Below are positions 30,453-41,340 of a stretch of 64,000 nucleotides of DNA, in pieces. The notes under the pieces were generated by a model. It did not search any database. It was not told the origin of the DNA and saw only the letters and a program-made list of their open reading frames with translations. Source of the DNA: a virus; the IMG/VR virus record IMGVR_UViG_3300044858_003017; one strand, written 5' to 3'. Every line of letters starts with the position of its first letter. The stretch's first letter is position 1. The translations under genes and the position numbers were made by a program.

Positions 30453-30597
30453 TTAATTATTAATTAATAATATATTAGTTAAGCACATACATTTCATTAC
30501 TGGCTTAACGATTGAATCAATAAATTCTTCAATCTATTAATAAAATAAATTTCATTAATTTTCATGAATATATTATTTTTTTTTCAAAAAACAAACC

Positions 30598-31080
30598 TTA
30601 TTTAAAGAAACGTTTAACATCGACCGCTTCTTCGCCTCGTTTTATGCATTCTGCCATCCATTCTGCAGGAATTTCTTTTTTCGCAACATACACAATTCCT
30701 AACTTACGAGCATATGCTTCATATGTAGTTGGAGATGTTTTTGACAATTTTTGATTCGGATTTTGAAACACCATTCTTATATCAATTCCAGGATTTGACT
30801 GCAATACATGTTTCATTTTAGTACGATCTGCAGTAGTCCAACGTCCTTTTGTTTCAATATACATGGTTGCGCCATTGCGTTTTATAAACACAAAATCAGG
30901 CGTATATTTTGCTTTGCGTTCTGGAACTACGTAATTTAATGTTTCAGTTTCATAACGCAATTCATACTCTGTTTGTTTAATTTGTTCTGATATAGTTAAT
31001 TCTAATCCCGATTTATAACCATGTTTAAGAGCGTTTGCTCGTTTAGAATTTCCAGAACTATGAAAATGATTTCGTCTCAT
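30598..31080 (-). CDS. T7 endonuclease I-like Holliday junction resolvase
   Basis: GYKSGLE, YE, YTPDF, IETKGRW..ADR.K, DIRMVF, IPAEW. Confidence 0.9.
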   Translation of the reverse strand: MRRNHFHSSGNSKRANALKHGYKSGLELTISEQIKQTEYELRYETETLNYVVPERKAKYTPDFVFIKRNGATMYIETKGRWTTADRTKMKHVLQSNPGIDIRMVFQNPNQKLSKTSPTTYEAYARKLGIVYVAKKEIPAEWMAECIKRGEEAVDVKRFFK

Positions 31081-31102
31081 ATTATAACTTTTTTATTTTA
31101 AT

Positions 31103-31639
31103 TTACCAATCAACCATAACCATTTTATCGTTCCATAACATAATATTATCTGATCGAAAATCTAGATCTAGATCAAATTCTTTTATATTTAATTTTTCAA
31201 CATCCGATTGTAATGCAGTTAAAAAATTATCCATTAATGGATCTATAGTATCCGTTTCTTGAATAAAATCAAAGATAGAAACTTCTCCGCCTTTTTCTCT
31301 AGCAAACGAATAAAAATCATCCATGAACATATCAATTACTTTACGTAAACGATCCGGCAATTCAGATGCATTTGCCATTATATACATATTTTTTCCATCA
31401 ACATAATATACCGGAATAAACGTTGTAAATTCAGTATATCGATTTACGATAATATTTGCAACTTTATATTCATCCTGTTCTTGCGTAATTTTAAAAGTTT
31501 TATCTTCGCCATCAATTTCATAAACACGACCATTATCACCAGCACCAATTAATCGAAATTGTTTGTTTTGTATCTTATCTAAACAACGTTGAATATCAGA
31601 TTGCGATAATTCTTTAAGTAAATTTTTTAAACGTATCAT
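31103..31639 (-). CDS. Protein-kinase-fold protein with MIRLKNLLKE leader
   Basis: IGAGDNGRVY Gly-loop, FKIT, DFRSDNIM catalytic loop, MVD. Confidence 0.65.
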   Translation of the reverse strand: MIRLKNLLKELSQSDIQRCLDKIQNKQFRLIGAGDNGRVYEIDGEDKTFKITQEQDEYKVANIIVNRYTEFTTFIPVYYVDGKNMYIMANASELPDRLRKVIDMFMDDFYSFAREKGGEVSIFDFIQETDTIDPLMDNFLTALQSDVEKLNIKEFDLDLDFRSDNIMLWNDKMVMVDW

Positions 31640-33327
31640 TTTGCAAATCCTGGATTAGAAAATAAAATATTTCGATCTAAATCTAAACGTATTAAAAAAT
31701 TTAAATCTACATCATCTCGTTTTTTTATTGGTTGTGCTAATTTTCCAATAGCTAATAATTGACCATTAGCATTATACAATCCAATTGTAGTAATATAAGG
31801 TGTAAAATTGCTACCTGTTACGAAACTTTGATATGTATAATTATCATCTTTAGTTAGTGTAACATTTGTAGACAAATTAAATTCTCCCGCGTCTATTCTA
31901 ACTAATGCACTTAGTTCGTGAATTGTTTTGGTACTTTTATATGATGCAGTAAAGGACGCATTTAATAAATTTTGAAAACGATAATCGGGACTAGAAAATA
32001 CAACTAAACCCTGAGCAGGCATCACGGTACCAACATTTCTAGTTTGTAACATAGTACCACCTTCCGATCTATCAGCTAAATAACCAATTTCTGTACTTGT
32101 CAATGCTTTATTAAAAATTCGTATTTCATCTAGTTTTCCAATGTAATTAGAATCATGCAACAAATTCTTTATATCGGTAGGATACCCTGCATTAAATATT
32201 TGGCTTCCTGAAATTGAAAATCCGCCTATCTTTAACGGATCATTATTATCAATTCGAATCGATGCAGATAACGGATTAGTTGTTGGTTGTAATAATGTAC
32301 TAGATTGTGATGCTACTAATGTTCCGTTAGTATAAAGTTGAATAGCACTACCAGATTTTTGAAAAAGTATATGAGTCCAACTATTAGAAATAGATGCAGT
32401 AACACGTAAAGTTGGGTAGCCCAATTGTAAGTTAACACCCGGAATGTCAGGATAAATAACGTCACGATTCCCACCAACTGTACATACAATACTTGGACTA
32501 GTTCCTACAGCAACAATCTCAAATGGCCATTGTTTTTGATGTATAGATGTTCGTTTACTAAGTAAAATTTGCGGTTTAAAAACATTGGTATCTGATGCAC
32601 TAACAAAAAATGATATTGCATAATCATGATCTCGATCATATAATCCATCTAATATACGATCAATTGACCCCGATCCGTTAAAATTTGCAGCATACCCAAT
32701 ACTTCGTTGTTGTCCCGTAGTAGTAGGTATTCCCGAAACATATGTAACTCCTGACGTATTATACGGCGTACGTGATATATCAAAATATTCATTAAATCCT
32801 TCATAAAATACAGAACCTGATACGATTGCTGCCGTATTAAAACTTGTATCATAAATATTTTCATATGAATCTGAAGCAAATGATCCAGATACTGAAGAAG
32901 TAAACGTAAATGATGTAGATTTTATTCGTTCGCCAATTTTAACTTGTGGAATTGATAAAACTGAAGCTGATTGAAATAATGCTTTTTTTGTTTTTGTTAT
33001 ATTAGGCGGACCATATGTAATAAACGGTTCATTTTTATATCGATAAAATAAATGATTGAGTGAATAATAAATAACTGTTTGCAAACTTCCGTCAATATTA
33101 GCAGCATCATTATATGTTAATTCAGTATCTAGTATTGGCAACGTGTCTGTATAAATTGCAGTTAATGGTAATGCACTAGAAGTAACACTTCCTGATGTAA
33201 TAGTCCAATTTTTATATACTTGAAATGAATTCATAGCTATATCCGTAGGATCAACTTTTTTTAAAGTTGTCGGATATAATCCATCGTACGTAAAAAAATT
33301 ATCTATGCCTATTCTTGTTTGTTCCAT
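31636..33327 (-). CDS. Baseplate/tail protein with LamG-like domain
   Basis: WTHI...LYTNG...GKLDEIRIFNKALT; C-terminal YITTIGLYN...LLAIGKLAQPIKK shared with 33386..34573. Confidence 0.7.
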   Translation of the reverse strand: MEQTRIGIDNFFTYDGLYPTTLKKVDPTDIAMNSFQVYKNWTITSGSVTSSALPLTAIYTDTLPILDTELTYNDAANIDGSLQTVIYYSLNHLFYRYKNEPFITYGPPNITKTKKALFQSASVLSIPQVKIGERIKSTSFTFTSSVSGSFASDSYENIYDTSFNTAAIVSGSVFYEGFNEYFDISRTPYNTSGVTYVSGIPTTTGQQRSIGYAANFNGSGSIDRILDGLYDRDHDYAISFFVSASDTNVFKPQILLSKRTSIHQKQWPFEIVAVGTSPSIVCTVGGNRDVIYPDIPGVNLQLGYPTLRVTASISNSWTHILFQKSGSAIQLYTNGTLVASQSSTLLQPTTNPLSASIRIDNNDPLKIGGFSISGSQIFNAGYPTDIKNLLHDSNYIGKLDEIRIFNKALTSTEIGYLADRSEGGTMLQTRNVGTVMPAQGLVVFSSPDYRFQNLLNASFTASYKSTKTIHELSALVRIDAGEFNLSTNVTLTKDDNYTYQSFVTGSNFTPYITTIGLYNANGQLLAIGKLAQPIKKRDDVDLNFLIRLDLDRNILFSNPGFAK

Positions 33328-33332
33328 ACAGT

Positions 33333-33368
33333 AAAAACCCTGCTACATTTAATATAAATATAACAGGG
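33333..33368 (-). terminator. Terminator-like hairpin containing the late promoter motif
   Basis: CCCTGTTATATTTA-TAT-TAAATGTAGCAGGG-TTTTT, 5 nt before the ATG at 33327. Confidence 0.6.
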
Positions 33369-33385
33369 CTTAAATCAGTGTTGAT

Positions 33386-34573
33386 TTAGAAATCTAATTT
33401 AACTCGTATAAGAGCTTCTCGCTGAAATGATTTTAATAATGGTTTAGAAAGTTTTGCTACTGCTAACAATTCTTGATTATCATTATAAAGACCAATTGTA
33501 GTAATATATGTTTTAGGATCGCCAATAAATGTAGTTTGAGATAATTGTCCATTGGAACCACTAGTAAACGATGGATTATTTGAAAAATTATATTCACCGT
33601 TTTTAACTCTTACGAAATAATTTGTACTAGTTACATTTTCTGAATTTCGTGCTAAGAATCCATATGCATCTCCCGTGCTAGGATTAGTTAATACAGAACT
33701 GCCTGATATTGAATGAAACAATGCAAAATGATTATTTCCTTCTGAACTTGAACCTGTATTTGTTTGGAAATTCAATTGTTGATCTAACATCTTTCCATCT
33801 AATATCAATGTACCAAATGCTGGATATGCCAATCCGTAATATACTGGCGCTGATGGATTGTAAACACCATCGTTGATAGAACCTGATACAATATTGTAAA
33901 CTTGTCCAGAATCTCCAACCGTTGGATTTGAAATTGATGAATCATCGATTAATGTGATTACTCTAGACCCCGAAACATTTACACTACCCGTTGCATTAGT
34001 AGGTCTAGAACCAGAAATTGTACGTAATGGAATTTCAAAATTTCCAGCATCTAATCGTTCTCGTAAACGATTACGTTTAAAGTTAACAACATAGATATAA
34101 TCAGTACTTCCAGAACCAGCTGTTGTAAATCTAGAATCTGTAGGATTAAGTAATAATTGTCGGTATTGTGAATAAATTGCTTTTGATGGAGAATCTTCTA
34201 ACTGTCCTTGAGAATCTGATCCACTACCTAAAGCATGACCGAATGCTAAAGAAAATTGTGTTGCTGCGCCATCTGCGCTAGGAGTTTCTTGATAAACATC
34301 AACATAATATCTACGTTGTGCCGTAGTTTCTGCAGATGATGTAAAAAACGTAGTCAAACTAGCAATATTATCACTCCATAATCCAGCTGTAACAGTTTCG
34401 GTTTGATTTCCAACGACATCATTTGCTGCATCAAATCTAGTAAATGTTCTACCTGTAATATTTTGTGCTGCTTGATTTAATTGTGCAAGTAATGCATTAT
34501 TTCCCAAATTTGTAAATTCTTGATTTTGTCCTATTCTAGGTTGTTGTTTTAATCGTTTAATTAATTCTTTCAT
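33386..34573 (-). CDS. Baseplate/tail structural protein
   Basis: C-terminal YITTIGLYNDNQELLAVAKLSKPLLK. Confidence 0.65.
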   Translation of the reverse strand: MKELIKRLKQQPRIGQNQEFTNLGNNALLAQLNQAAQNITGRTFTRFDAANDVVGNQTETVTAGLWSDNIASLTTFFTSSAETTAQRRYYVDVYQETPSADGAATQFSLAFGHALGSGSDSQGQLEDSPSKAIYSQYRQLLLNPTDSRFTTAGSGSTDYIYVVNFKRNRLRERLDAGNFEIPLRTISGSRPTNATGSVNVSGSRVITLIDDSSISNPTVGDSGQVYNIVSGSINDGVYNPSAPVYYGLAYPAFGTLILDGKMLDQQLNFQTNTGSSSEGNNHFALFHSISGSSVLTNPSTGDAYGFLARNSENVTSTNYFVRVKNGEYNFSNNPSFTSGSNGQLSQTTFIGDPKTYITTIGLYNDNQELLAVAKLSKPLLKSFQREALIRVKLDF

Positions 34574-34595
34574 ATTAATATTTTCCTTTTATGCG

Positions 34596-35240
34596 TTAGT
34601 TAACTACTTTTTTAACGGTTAACTGAATAGTAACGCTACCTCCTGTTTCATTACCAATAATAGTAATAGTCGCAGTTTTATCAGTAACAAATACTGATTT
34701 TGCAACTACTCTAAATTGGAATCCTACTGCAGACACACTAGTTGCATCTGAATTATCACCAATAAATCCAGGAGCGGTAGGAGCTGCTGTTGCATTAGCC
34801 AATGGTGTAGATACTTGTAAATCTGCAATTGAATTGTCTGATAATATTGCCGTATATCCCAATGTACTATTGCCACTGATAATATTAGCAGTATTAGGTG
34901 CAATAACTGAAGATGCGCCTGGTGTTTGTAATATTATCGTAGTATTTCCTACATTAATTTTAGGTAAGTATACAGTATTTTTAGGCAATGATATCAATCG
35001 ATATTTCAATGCCTGCGTTTCATCCGGAATAGCTTCTGTAATTGGCATATTTTCAATAATAGTGCCATAATATGATGTACCAAGTGGATGATCTGGATTC
35101 CATAATGAATAATCAACTTCATCATCTCCAACTGCAAATTGTGTAATGTTAAATGCATTTCCGCCCTGAGCTAAAAGTTCACGACCTTTTAAAGTTAAAA
35201 TTGCATCAACTGTAATTGTAGAATTATCTAAATATCCCAT
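34596..35240 (-). CDS. Baseplate structural protein
   Basis: MGYLDN..ITVDAILT.KGRELLA...ITQFAVGDDEVDY; late motif at ~35258-35266. Confidence 0.65.
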   Translation of the reverse strand: MGYLDNSTITVDAILTLKGRELLAQGGNAFNITQFAVGDDEVDYSLWNPDHPLGTSYYGTIIENMPITEAIPDETQALKYRLISLPKNTVYLPKINVGNTTIILQTPGASSVIAPNTANIISGNSTLGYTAILSDNSIADLQVSTPLANATAAPTAPGFIGDNSDATSVSAVGFQFRVVAKSVFVTDKTATITIIGNETGGSVTIQLTVKKVVN

Positions 35241-35284
35241 AATATTTTTACCTTTATTATAAATATTACATATTAAAAAAATGG

Positions 35285-38200
35285 TTAATTTGTATTGCTA
35301 CTTTTTCCTGTAGACTTTTTACCTGGATTTTTTTTGTTTGTTATAACTAAATTACCTTCTTGTCCTAGTTGTTGATATACCAATTGATTTGGATTTGATA
35401 AACTCCATTGTACAACCGGACCGCCGTCTACTGATTCGGTTGATGGGGCATTAAATCCTGGACCAGTAATCTTACATCCAGCATATCGATGATTTTCAAT
35501 TCCGCGTGGTAAATAGTCTTGTACTTGTGCAAAACTCCCGGTAAATACTAAAGGAGACGTAATTGCATAACTGCTAGTACCATAAGATCCGGTACCATAA
35601 TACCCTATAGGTCCAGAACTTGTTATAGCTAACACCGTACCCGATACAAATCTATATTCCGATGTTACACTCGATGTAATTGCTGGAAACGAAACTTCAC
35701 TACGCCAATATGGAGTAGAACTAGTATAATATGTGCTACCAGAGTATGTTAAATATTGATAACTATATGTCGTGCCATTATATTTCTGAGCAATTGATGC
35801 TGTTAAATATCCTTGTAGTTGATCATCATCAGTTCCAGATAATGTCATTATTTTACCATCAATTGATCCTGTATATTGAACATAATATGCAGACGCAGTT
35901 GGCAACGTACTAGCTAATTGTGCATTATATGTATCATTTGTTTTTTGTAGGATTGGTAATATTGTATCTTTATTTCGTTCTAATATATTCGGTTGTACTA
36001 AAACACCTGTAATTTTTTCAACACGTGCTGGCAGTAATTGTTCCAATTGTTTAAAGAATGATAAATCAAACAACGTAAACATTGAAATATACGAATTAAA
36101 ATCATTTTTATCGGTATATTTTTTCCAATATTTTTGAGACTCAACAATTAATTCAGGATATCCATATGGATTCGTATTACCCGGATCTCCGATATAATCA
36201 TCTAAATTAGTAAATCCTAATTGTGCAATGATATCTTCATCAATCATTGTTTGTGGAGAAAAGTATACTCCTATTTTTTTACTGTCTAATGGAGCTTTAT
36301 CAAATTGACTTCGTTCTGCTCTACTCGTAGGACTCAAAGTTCCAACTAACTCATTATTTTCTAATCGTATTTTGTTATCATCAAGTGTACTACCACCTAA
36401 TGAAATTGCGTCATAATAATATGTTTCTTCAATTGAATCATATGGTGTTGCTAATGACCAACCAGAAAATGATGCGGATATGTTTGACGGTTTTGGTTCA
36501 ACCCCAGTTAAACTACCCGTTAAATTATGATTTATATTTTGTGTTAATGGCAATCTAAAAACTAATTCTGTGTATGAATCAATATTCCCATTATATGCAG
36601 CAGGAGCTTTAACGTGATTATTAAATGCTTCATCATTTAAACTAGATGACCACAATCTAAGTTCTTGTAATTGTCCAACTAATCTATTAGCACCAGTCGA
36701 TGTTCCGCCCAATGTCAATGTGCCAGATCCTGCAAATGAAGCTGTTGCCGATGCAGAAGCTGCTGCTACAATCGATCCATATTTAGATTTCTTAGTTACG
36801 ATATCTAAATTAGTTCCATTCGTTCGTAAAACTAAATTAAGCCAATTGCCATCAAACAATTCAATTTGATTTGAACTAGTTCCATTTATTCGTACAACAC
36901 CCTTATTCCCACTAGTAAAATTTAAAGTTACTGTATTTGAACCTATTGTAAATAAATTCATAGTACTAGGTATCGTAGGATATTTTACAACATCGGCCGT
37001 TCTAAATCTAAGTTCTACAGCATTTATTGATTGCGAATAATTAACTGTTACAGTACCTGCAGAACTACCACTTAAATCTAATGCATAATCAAAATTTAAT
37101 TTTTCATATATTGGCGCTCGTTCTAAACGAGGACCGCCATATTCATTAATACTAATTAAAGATTGTGGAATACCATAACAAGATAACAATGCTTGAATAC
37201 TTCTTTTAGTACCTTTAGATTTTAATAACAACGGCAAGTTATTGATAATTCTACGCCATACTGTATATGTTATATCCATTGCCGGAACAGAAGGATCGCC
37301 AACCGTATTTGACCCGGTCAATGGTGCACCAGCTTCTGATGTTCCTAGTACATATTGCCAAAGATTTTTATCCTGATTTCCATTAGTTAAATTCCAACCA
37401 AATTGTTTTGCTACTGAATATAACAATTCATTTGGCATACCTAATTTAGGATTTTCTTCTCGTTTATTAATACGAGACATATGATTGATATATGTATATA
37501 ATATATCATAATGATGTCCTAACATATTAACAAATGTAATCATATCAATGTTATTATCATCAATTCTTTGATATGATGGAATATTTCGATATAATGAATT
37601 TATGTTAAATCTATCGTATATATTTGCATATTCATATGATGAACTATACCATGCAATAAATTGAGAACTAGTTGTTGGTGCATTAATATATGGATATGTT
37701 GAGTTTAATTTAGGCACTGGAGTTATGTAACTACCAGTTAATCTAGCAACTATTGGCTGTTCTAATGGAATATTAAATGTTGTTAATATTGACGACGATT
37801 GATTATACAAATATTGTTCAAATCCATCAAATCCTCCAATTAAACTAGTTATTTGATTTTGATATGAAGCAGCATCTGTTTGTGCAGCAATACCATTAGT
37901 TAAAGCTAACGATGCACTTTGTTGAGCATAATATTCTAGTAATTCTAATTTGTATTTAAAATTGTCTAATCTATCAGTTGCTGTACTATAAAAAACAAAG
38001 TTATTAAAATCTGAATAATCAATATTTAGTTTCATTCCCGACAAACTTCCGGAGAAATATGCATCGATAATTTGTTGAGATGTTGATAATGAAGATCCTA
38101 ATAAATCGGTCCAAGTTTTGAATCCAGTTTCTGCAGATGTATTATATGAATAATTTGCTTGCCAATTTGGTCCTGATAAAACATTTGTTGTAGGAAGTGC

Positions 38201-38911
38201 AACTGCTGGATTAATAACAACGTTGTCTACATATGGTTGTTTTTGTTCTTCAACAATCCAACATTTAAACCCTTCCTGAATATCTTCAGACAATGGTTCA
38301 TATAATTTAATATATAATCCGCCTTTGGCTTCTACTGCATTGATAATAGTAGCAGTATTATTTCTGCTAAAATTTAACAACAATGTTTTATAAACAGGTC
38401 CAGTACGTAAACTAGTTAAATTTATAGTTTGTATAAAATTAGTTATTTGTTGTAAATATCCAGAACTAGTTGGATCCGTTGGTTGCAGTCTAATCTCTGT
38501 TCGATCTGGAGAAATTTCTTGAATTTTTAAATACTGTAAATCGTAATTCCCAATTAAATTTTTAAAAAAGTTAACTACGAATCTAAACTGTCCAGCTGAT
38601 ATTTTTAATTGATTTTGTAATTGTGCATATAAATCAATAGCTAATGGCTGAGTAGTAAATGATATAATATTATTACCATCATAATATTGTGGAATACTTC
38701 CTACAGCAGGAACATTGTGATTTGCCGTAATCCATGTTTGATCTAAATATACATGTAATTCAACCCGATCGGTATCATCTCGTTGTATGATATCAGTATT
38801 AAACGTTACGTTTGTTCGAAAATCGGAAACATCAGATGCAGTATATCGTTCAGCTGATAAAGATTGGGATGCAATTAATATTTGTTCGATATTTTTATAC
38901 TGCGTTAACAT
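35285..38911 (-). CDS. Large baseplate wedge-like protein
   Basis: 1208 aa; LLKSKGTKRSIQALLSCYG motif; LamG-like segment LQELRLW. Confidence 0.65.
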   Translation of the reverse strand: MLTQYKNIEQILIASQSLSAERYTASDVSDFRTNVTFNTDIIQRDDTDRVELHVYLDQTWITANHNVPAVGSIPQYYDGNNIISFTTQPLAIDLYAQLQNQLKISAGQFRFVVNFFKNLIGNYDLQYLKIQEISPDRTEIRLQPTDPTSSGYLQQITNFIQTINLTSLRTGPVYKTLLLNFSRNNTATIINAVEAKGGLYIKLYEPLSEDIQEGFKCWIVEEQKQPYVDNVVINPAVALPTTNVLSGPNWQANYSYNTSAETGFKTWTDLLGSSLSTSQQIIDAYFSGSLSGMKLNIDYSDFNNFVFYSTATDRLDNFKYKLELLEYYAQQSASLALTNGIAAQTDAASYQNQITSLIGGFDGFEQYLYNQSSSILTTFNIPLEQPIVARLTGSYITPVPKLNSTYPYINAPTTSSQFIAWYSSSYEYANIYDRFNINSLYRNIPSYQRIDDNNIDMITFVNMLGHHYDILYTYINHMSRINKREENPKLGMPNELLYSVAKQFGWNLTNGNQDKNLWQYVLGTSEAGAPLTGSNTVGDPSVPAMDITYTVWRRIINNLPLLLKSKGTKRSIQALLSCYGIPQSLISINEYGGPRLERAPIYEKLNFDYALDLSGSSAGTVTVNYSQSINAVELRFRTADVVKYPTIPSTMNLFTIGSNTVTLNFTSGNKGVVRINGTSSNQIELFDGNWLNLVLRTNGTNLDIVTKKSKYGSIVAAASASATASFAGSGTLTLGGTSTGANRLVGQLQELRLWSSSLNDEAFNNHVKAPAAYNGNIDSYTELVFRLPLTQNINHNLTGSLTGVEPKPSNISASFSGWSLATPYDSIEETYYYDAISLGGSTLDDNKIRLENNELVGTLSPTSRAERSQFDKAPLDSKKIGVYFSPQTMIDEDIIAQLGFTNLDDYIGDPGNTNPYGYPELIVESQKYWKKYTDKNDFNSYISMFTLFDLSFFKQLEQLLPARVEKITGVLVQPNILERNKDTILPILQKTNDTYNAQLASTLPTASAYYVQYTGSIDGKIMTLSGTDDDQLQGYLTASIAQKYNGTTYSYQYLTYSGSTYYTSSTPYWRSEVSFPAITSSVTSEYRFVSGTVLAITSSGPIGYYGTGSYGTSSYAITSPLVFTGSFAQVQDYLPRGIENHRYAGCKITGPGFNAPSTESVDGGPVVQWSLSNPNQLVYQQLGQEGNLVITNKKNPGKKSTGKSSNTN

Positions 38912-38919
38912 ATTTTATA

Positions 38920-40137
38920 TTATCCTGCGTTTGACCCACTTACTAATAAATTATTCCACTCATCTACAACTTTATCTGCATTTGTTACAGACCAATATGA
39001 TGTATCAGCATTTATCGTATGAAATTTAAATTCTTCATTTATATTACAAACTGCAGTTATACCAAAAACATCGCCTTGCGTAAATGATGAATTTGGAATA
39101 GTAACATCAATATATAAATCTTGAACACCATATTGTCCTATACGTCCCGGCGATGCTTGTTGTATTTGATCTAAATAATTATCTAATTGCGTTAATAATG
39201 TAGATCTTAAATTAGGTCGTAGTATATCAATTTGATTATTAGTATTAATTAAATTAGATCTGCTTGCTGGTTCAAGTCCATTTAACGGATCATCTTGTAA
39301 AACATTTTTTAAACTATCAATAAATGTTGATGACAATATTATTGAATTAATGGGCGATGAACTATCAGAAATCAATATAAATGTTGCCTTAACTTCTGCA
39401 TCGGATGCATTTGTTTGTCCTAACGTGCAATATTCGTTTGCATTTATTATGATATCGTTTATTAATTGTACAAATGCTTCTTGTTGCTGTGTATTTTCAA
39501 AATTTGAATTATAAAATGGGCCTAAATACGTACGGTTTGAACCATCTTGAGTTGTAGTTTTTCCAATATAAAAAAATGCAGTTCCAATATCAGCAGAATT
39601 TGGCGTATCAAAACGATGTTGCAATTTAATTCTAAATCTAAGATTCGCACCAGAATTTTTTATTTCTTTGTTGATAAAATATCTATTTATTTTCTGAGTA
39701 GGATTTCCATCAACTAATTCATCCATTAATATACCAGAAGGAGTTGCAATTTGTATTCTTCTAGATTCCGTTGGTTTATATCTTGAATAAACGGGATCAA
39801 TTAAAATATCATCTAAATTTATCGGAGCTGGTTCAAAACTACCTGTAGCAAAAATGATTGCAGGGAAACTAAAATATTGAAATCTAGTTTGTACAGTGTT
39901 TAAAAAACTTTGTTTATTAATCTGCCTAGCGGTTGGTTCAATAATAAGTAACGGATTATCAATACTATTTTCAGTTATAATAATATTTCCTGCAGAGTCT
40001 CTTGGTATAATTGCAGTATTATTTGAAACTGCAGTTAAGCCATTTTGTAAATAAAATGATGCAGGTGACGCAACTACGAATTCTTCAGAATTTGGATCTT
40101 TACCTGGGCTACCTGCTAAATCTTGTTGTTTTGCCAT
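38920..40137 (-). CDS. Putative structural protein
   Basis: 405 aa, translationally coupled within baseplate block. Confidence 0.5.
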   Translation of the reverse strand: MAKQQDLAGSPGKDPNSEEFVVASPASFYLQNGLTAVSNNTAIIPRDSAGNIIITENSIDNPLLIIEPTARQINKQSFLNTVQTRFQYFSFPAIIFATGSFEPAPINLDDILIDPVYSRYKPTESRRIQIATPSGILMDELVDGNPTQKINRYFINKEIKNSGANLRFRIKLQHRFDTPNSADIGTAFFYIGKTTTQDGSNRTYLGPFYNSNFENTQQQEAFVQLINDIIINANEYCTLGQTNASDAEVKATFILISDSSSPINSIILSSTFIDSLKNVLQDDPLNGLEPASRSNLINTNNQIDILRPNLRSTLLTQLDNYLDQIQQASPGRIGQYGVQDLYIDVTIPNSSFTQGDVFGITAVCNINEEFKFHTINADTSYWSVTNADKVVDEWNNLLVSGSNAG

Positions 40138-41333
40138 TATCTAACTACTTTAAAATAAATTTGGTCATCGATATACTGCTGTGTAAATCCATCTGTTATC
40201 ATGAATTCTAAACGATAATATCGTTCTGGCATAAAACCATTCATATCCATGTAAATGTAATTACTAGTATTATCGCAACTTACTTTATTATAAATATTAT
40301 CAAACGGAATTATGTATTCGTCCGTTGCAGCATCTAATACTGCATAATATGTAGTAGTTGGTAATTTTTGTACGGTTTGTGTAGGAAATAAATTTGTTGG
40401 AGATTTTATAGGATACTTATCTCGCGCATAAATTCTAAGCTTAATTATTTCGGTATCTTTATATTCTGGTTTTAATTTTGAATATATTAAAAATGATTCT
40501 AAATCAACATCATCTAATGTAGAAGCATATTCCGAATTATCGAAATACATGATCAATCTAGGAACATATACAGTATGCGTATCTCTACTAAAAAATCGAA
40601 TATAACCACTTACATTAGCATCAGACTCATCTGGATCGGAAAATTTTAATATGAATCCGTTATTTTCTATAGTATGTCCGCCGCTTCCACTAATCCATAA
40701 ATCGATTGCATCAGTTACATCCATGTAGATGTCAGTTGGACGATAAGAAAAAGATTCATTTTCTTCTAAACCAGGTTGATGAAAAAATACTTGATTAAAA
40801 CTAGATGTATTAAAAAATCCACTACCCGATTGCCACAACCAACTTCCGCCATATCCAGAACCAGATATATATAATGATGAATTGTTTACTTGAATTTGTT
40901 GAGAACTAGAAATCCATAAACTTCCAGATGTATTATCTAATGACCATGAAGCATATGGCGTTGCCCATTGTGCGCCATCTTTAATAATTGGCGACGCACC
41001 TAAATAACCTGTACCATTTATCCACGGCTGTCCTACAATTTTTGCATCAATTGTATATTCACTTGGCAAATTTTTTGCATGAGTTGTAAATAACTGTAAA
41101 ATAAATTTGCATGAACTTAACGGCACTGAATATGTTGACAATACTTGTTGAATCTCACTCATATCAAATTTAATCAATGATCTAGATTTTAACAAAGTAC
41201 TGCCATCCGTACTTAAACGTTTACCAATTTCTAATACTTCATCTAGTCCGGTATTCGTAAGACTAGTAGCGCTACTAGTAGTAGCTCCTTCATATAATGT
41301 AGCATCAGATTGTGCATAAAATATTCTAAACAT
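40137..41333 (-). CDS. Baseplate-region structural protein
   Basis: DATLYE...NTGLDEVLEI...SRSLIKFD...FFSRDTHTVYVPRL. Confidence 0.6.
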   Translation of the reverse strand: MFRIFYAQSDATLYEGATTSSATSLTNTGLDEVLEIGKRLSTDGSTLLKSRSLIKFDMSEIQQVLSTYSVPLSSCKFILQLFTTHAKNLPSEYTIDAKIVGQPWINGTGYLGASPIIKDGAQWATPYASWSLDNTSGSLWISSSQQIQVNNSSLYISGSGYGGSWLWQSGSGFFNTSSFNQVFFHQPGLEENESFSYRPTDIYMDVTDAIDLWISGSGGHTIENNGFILKFSDPDESDANVSGYIRFFSRDTHTVYVPRLIMYFDNSEYASTLDDVDLESFLIYSKLKPEYKDTEIIKLRIYARDKYPIKSPTNLFPTQTVQKLPTTTYYAVLDAATDEYIIPFDNIYNKVSCDNTSNYIYMDMNGFMPERYYRLEFMITDGFTQQYIDDQIYFKVVR

Positions 41334-41340
41334 AATTGCC

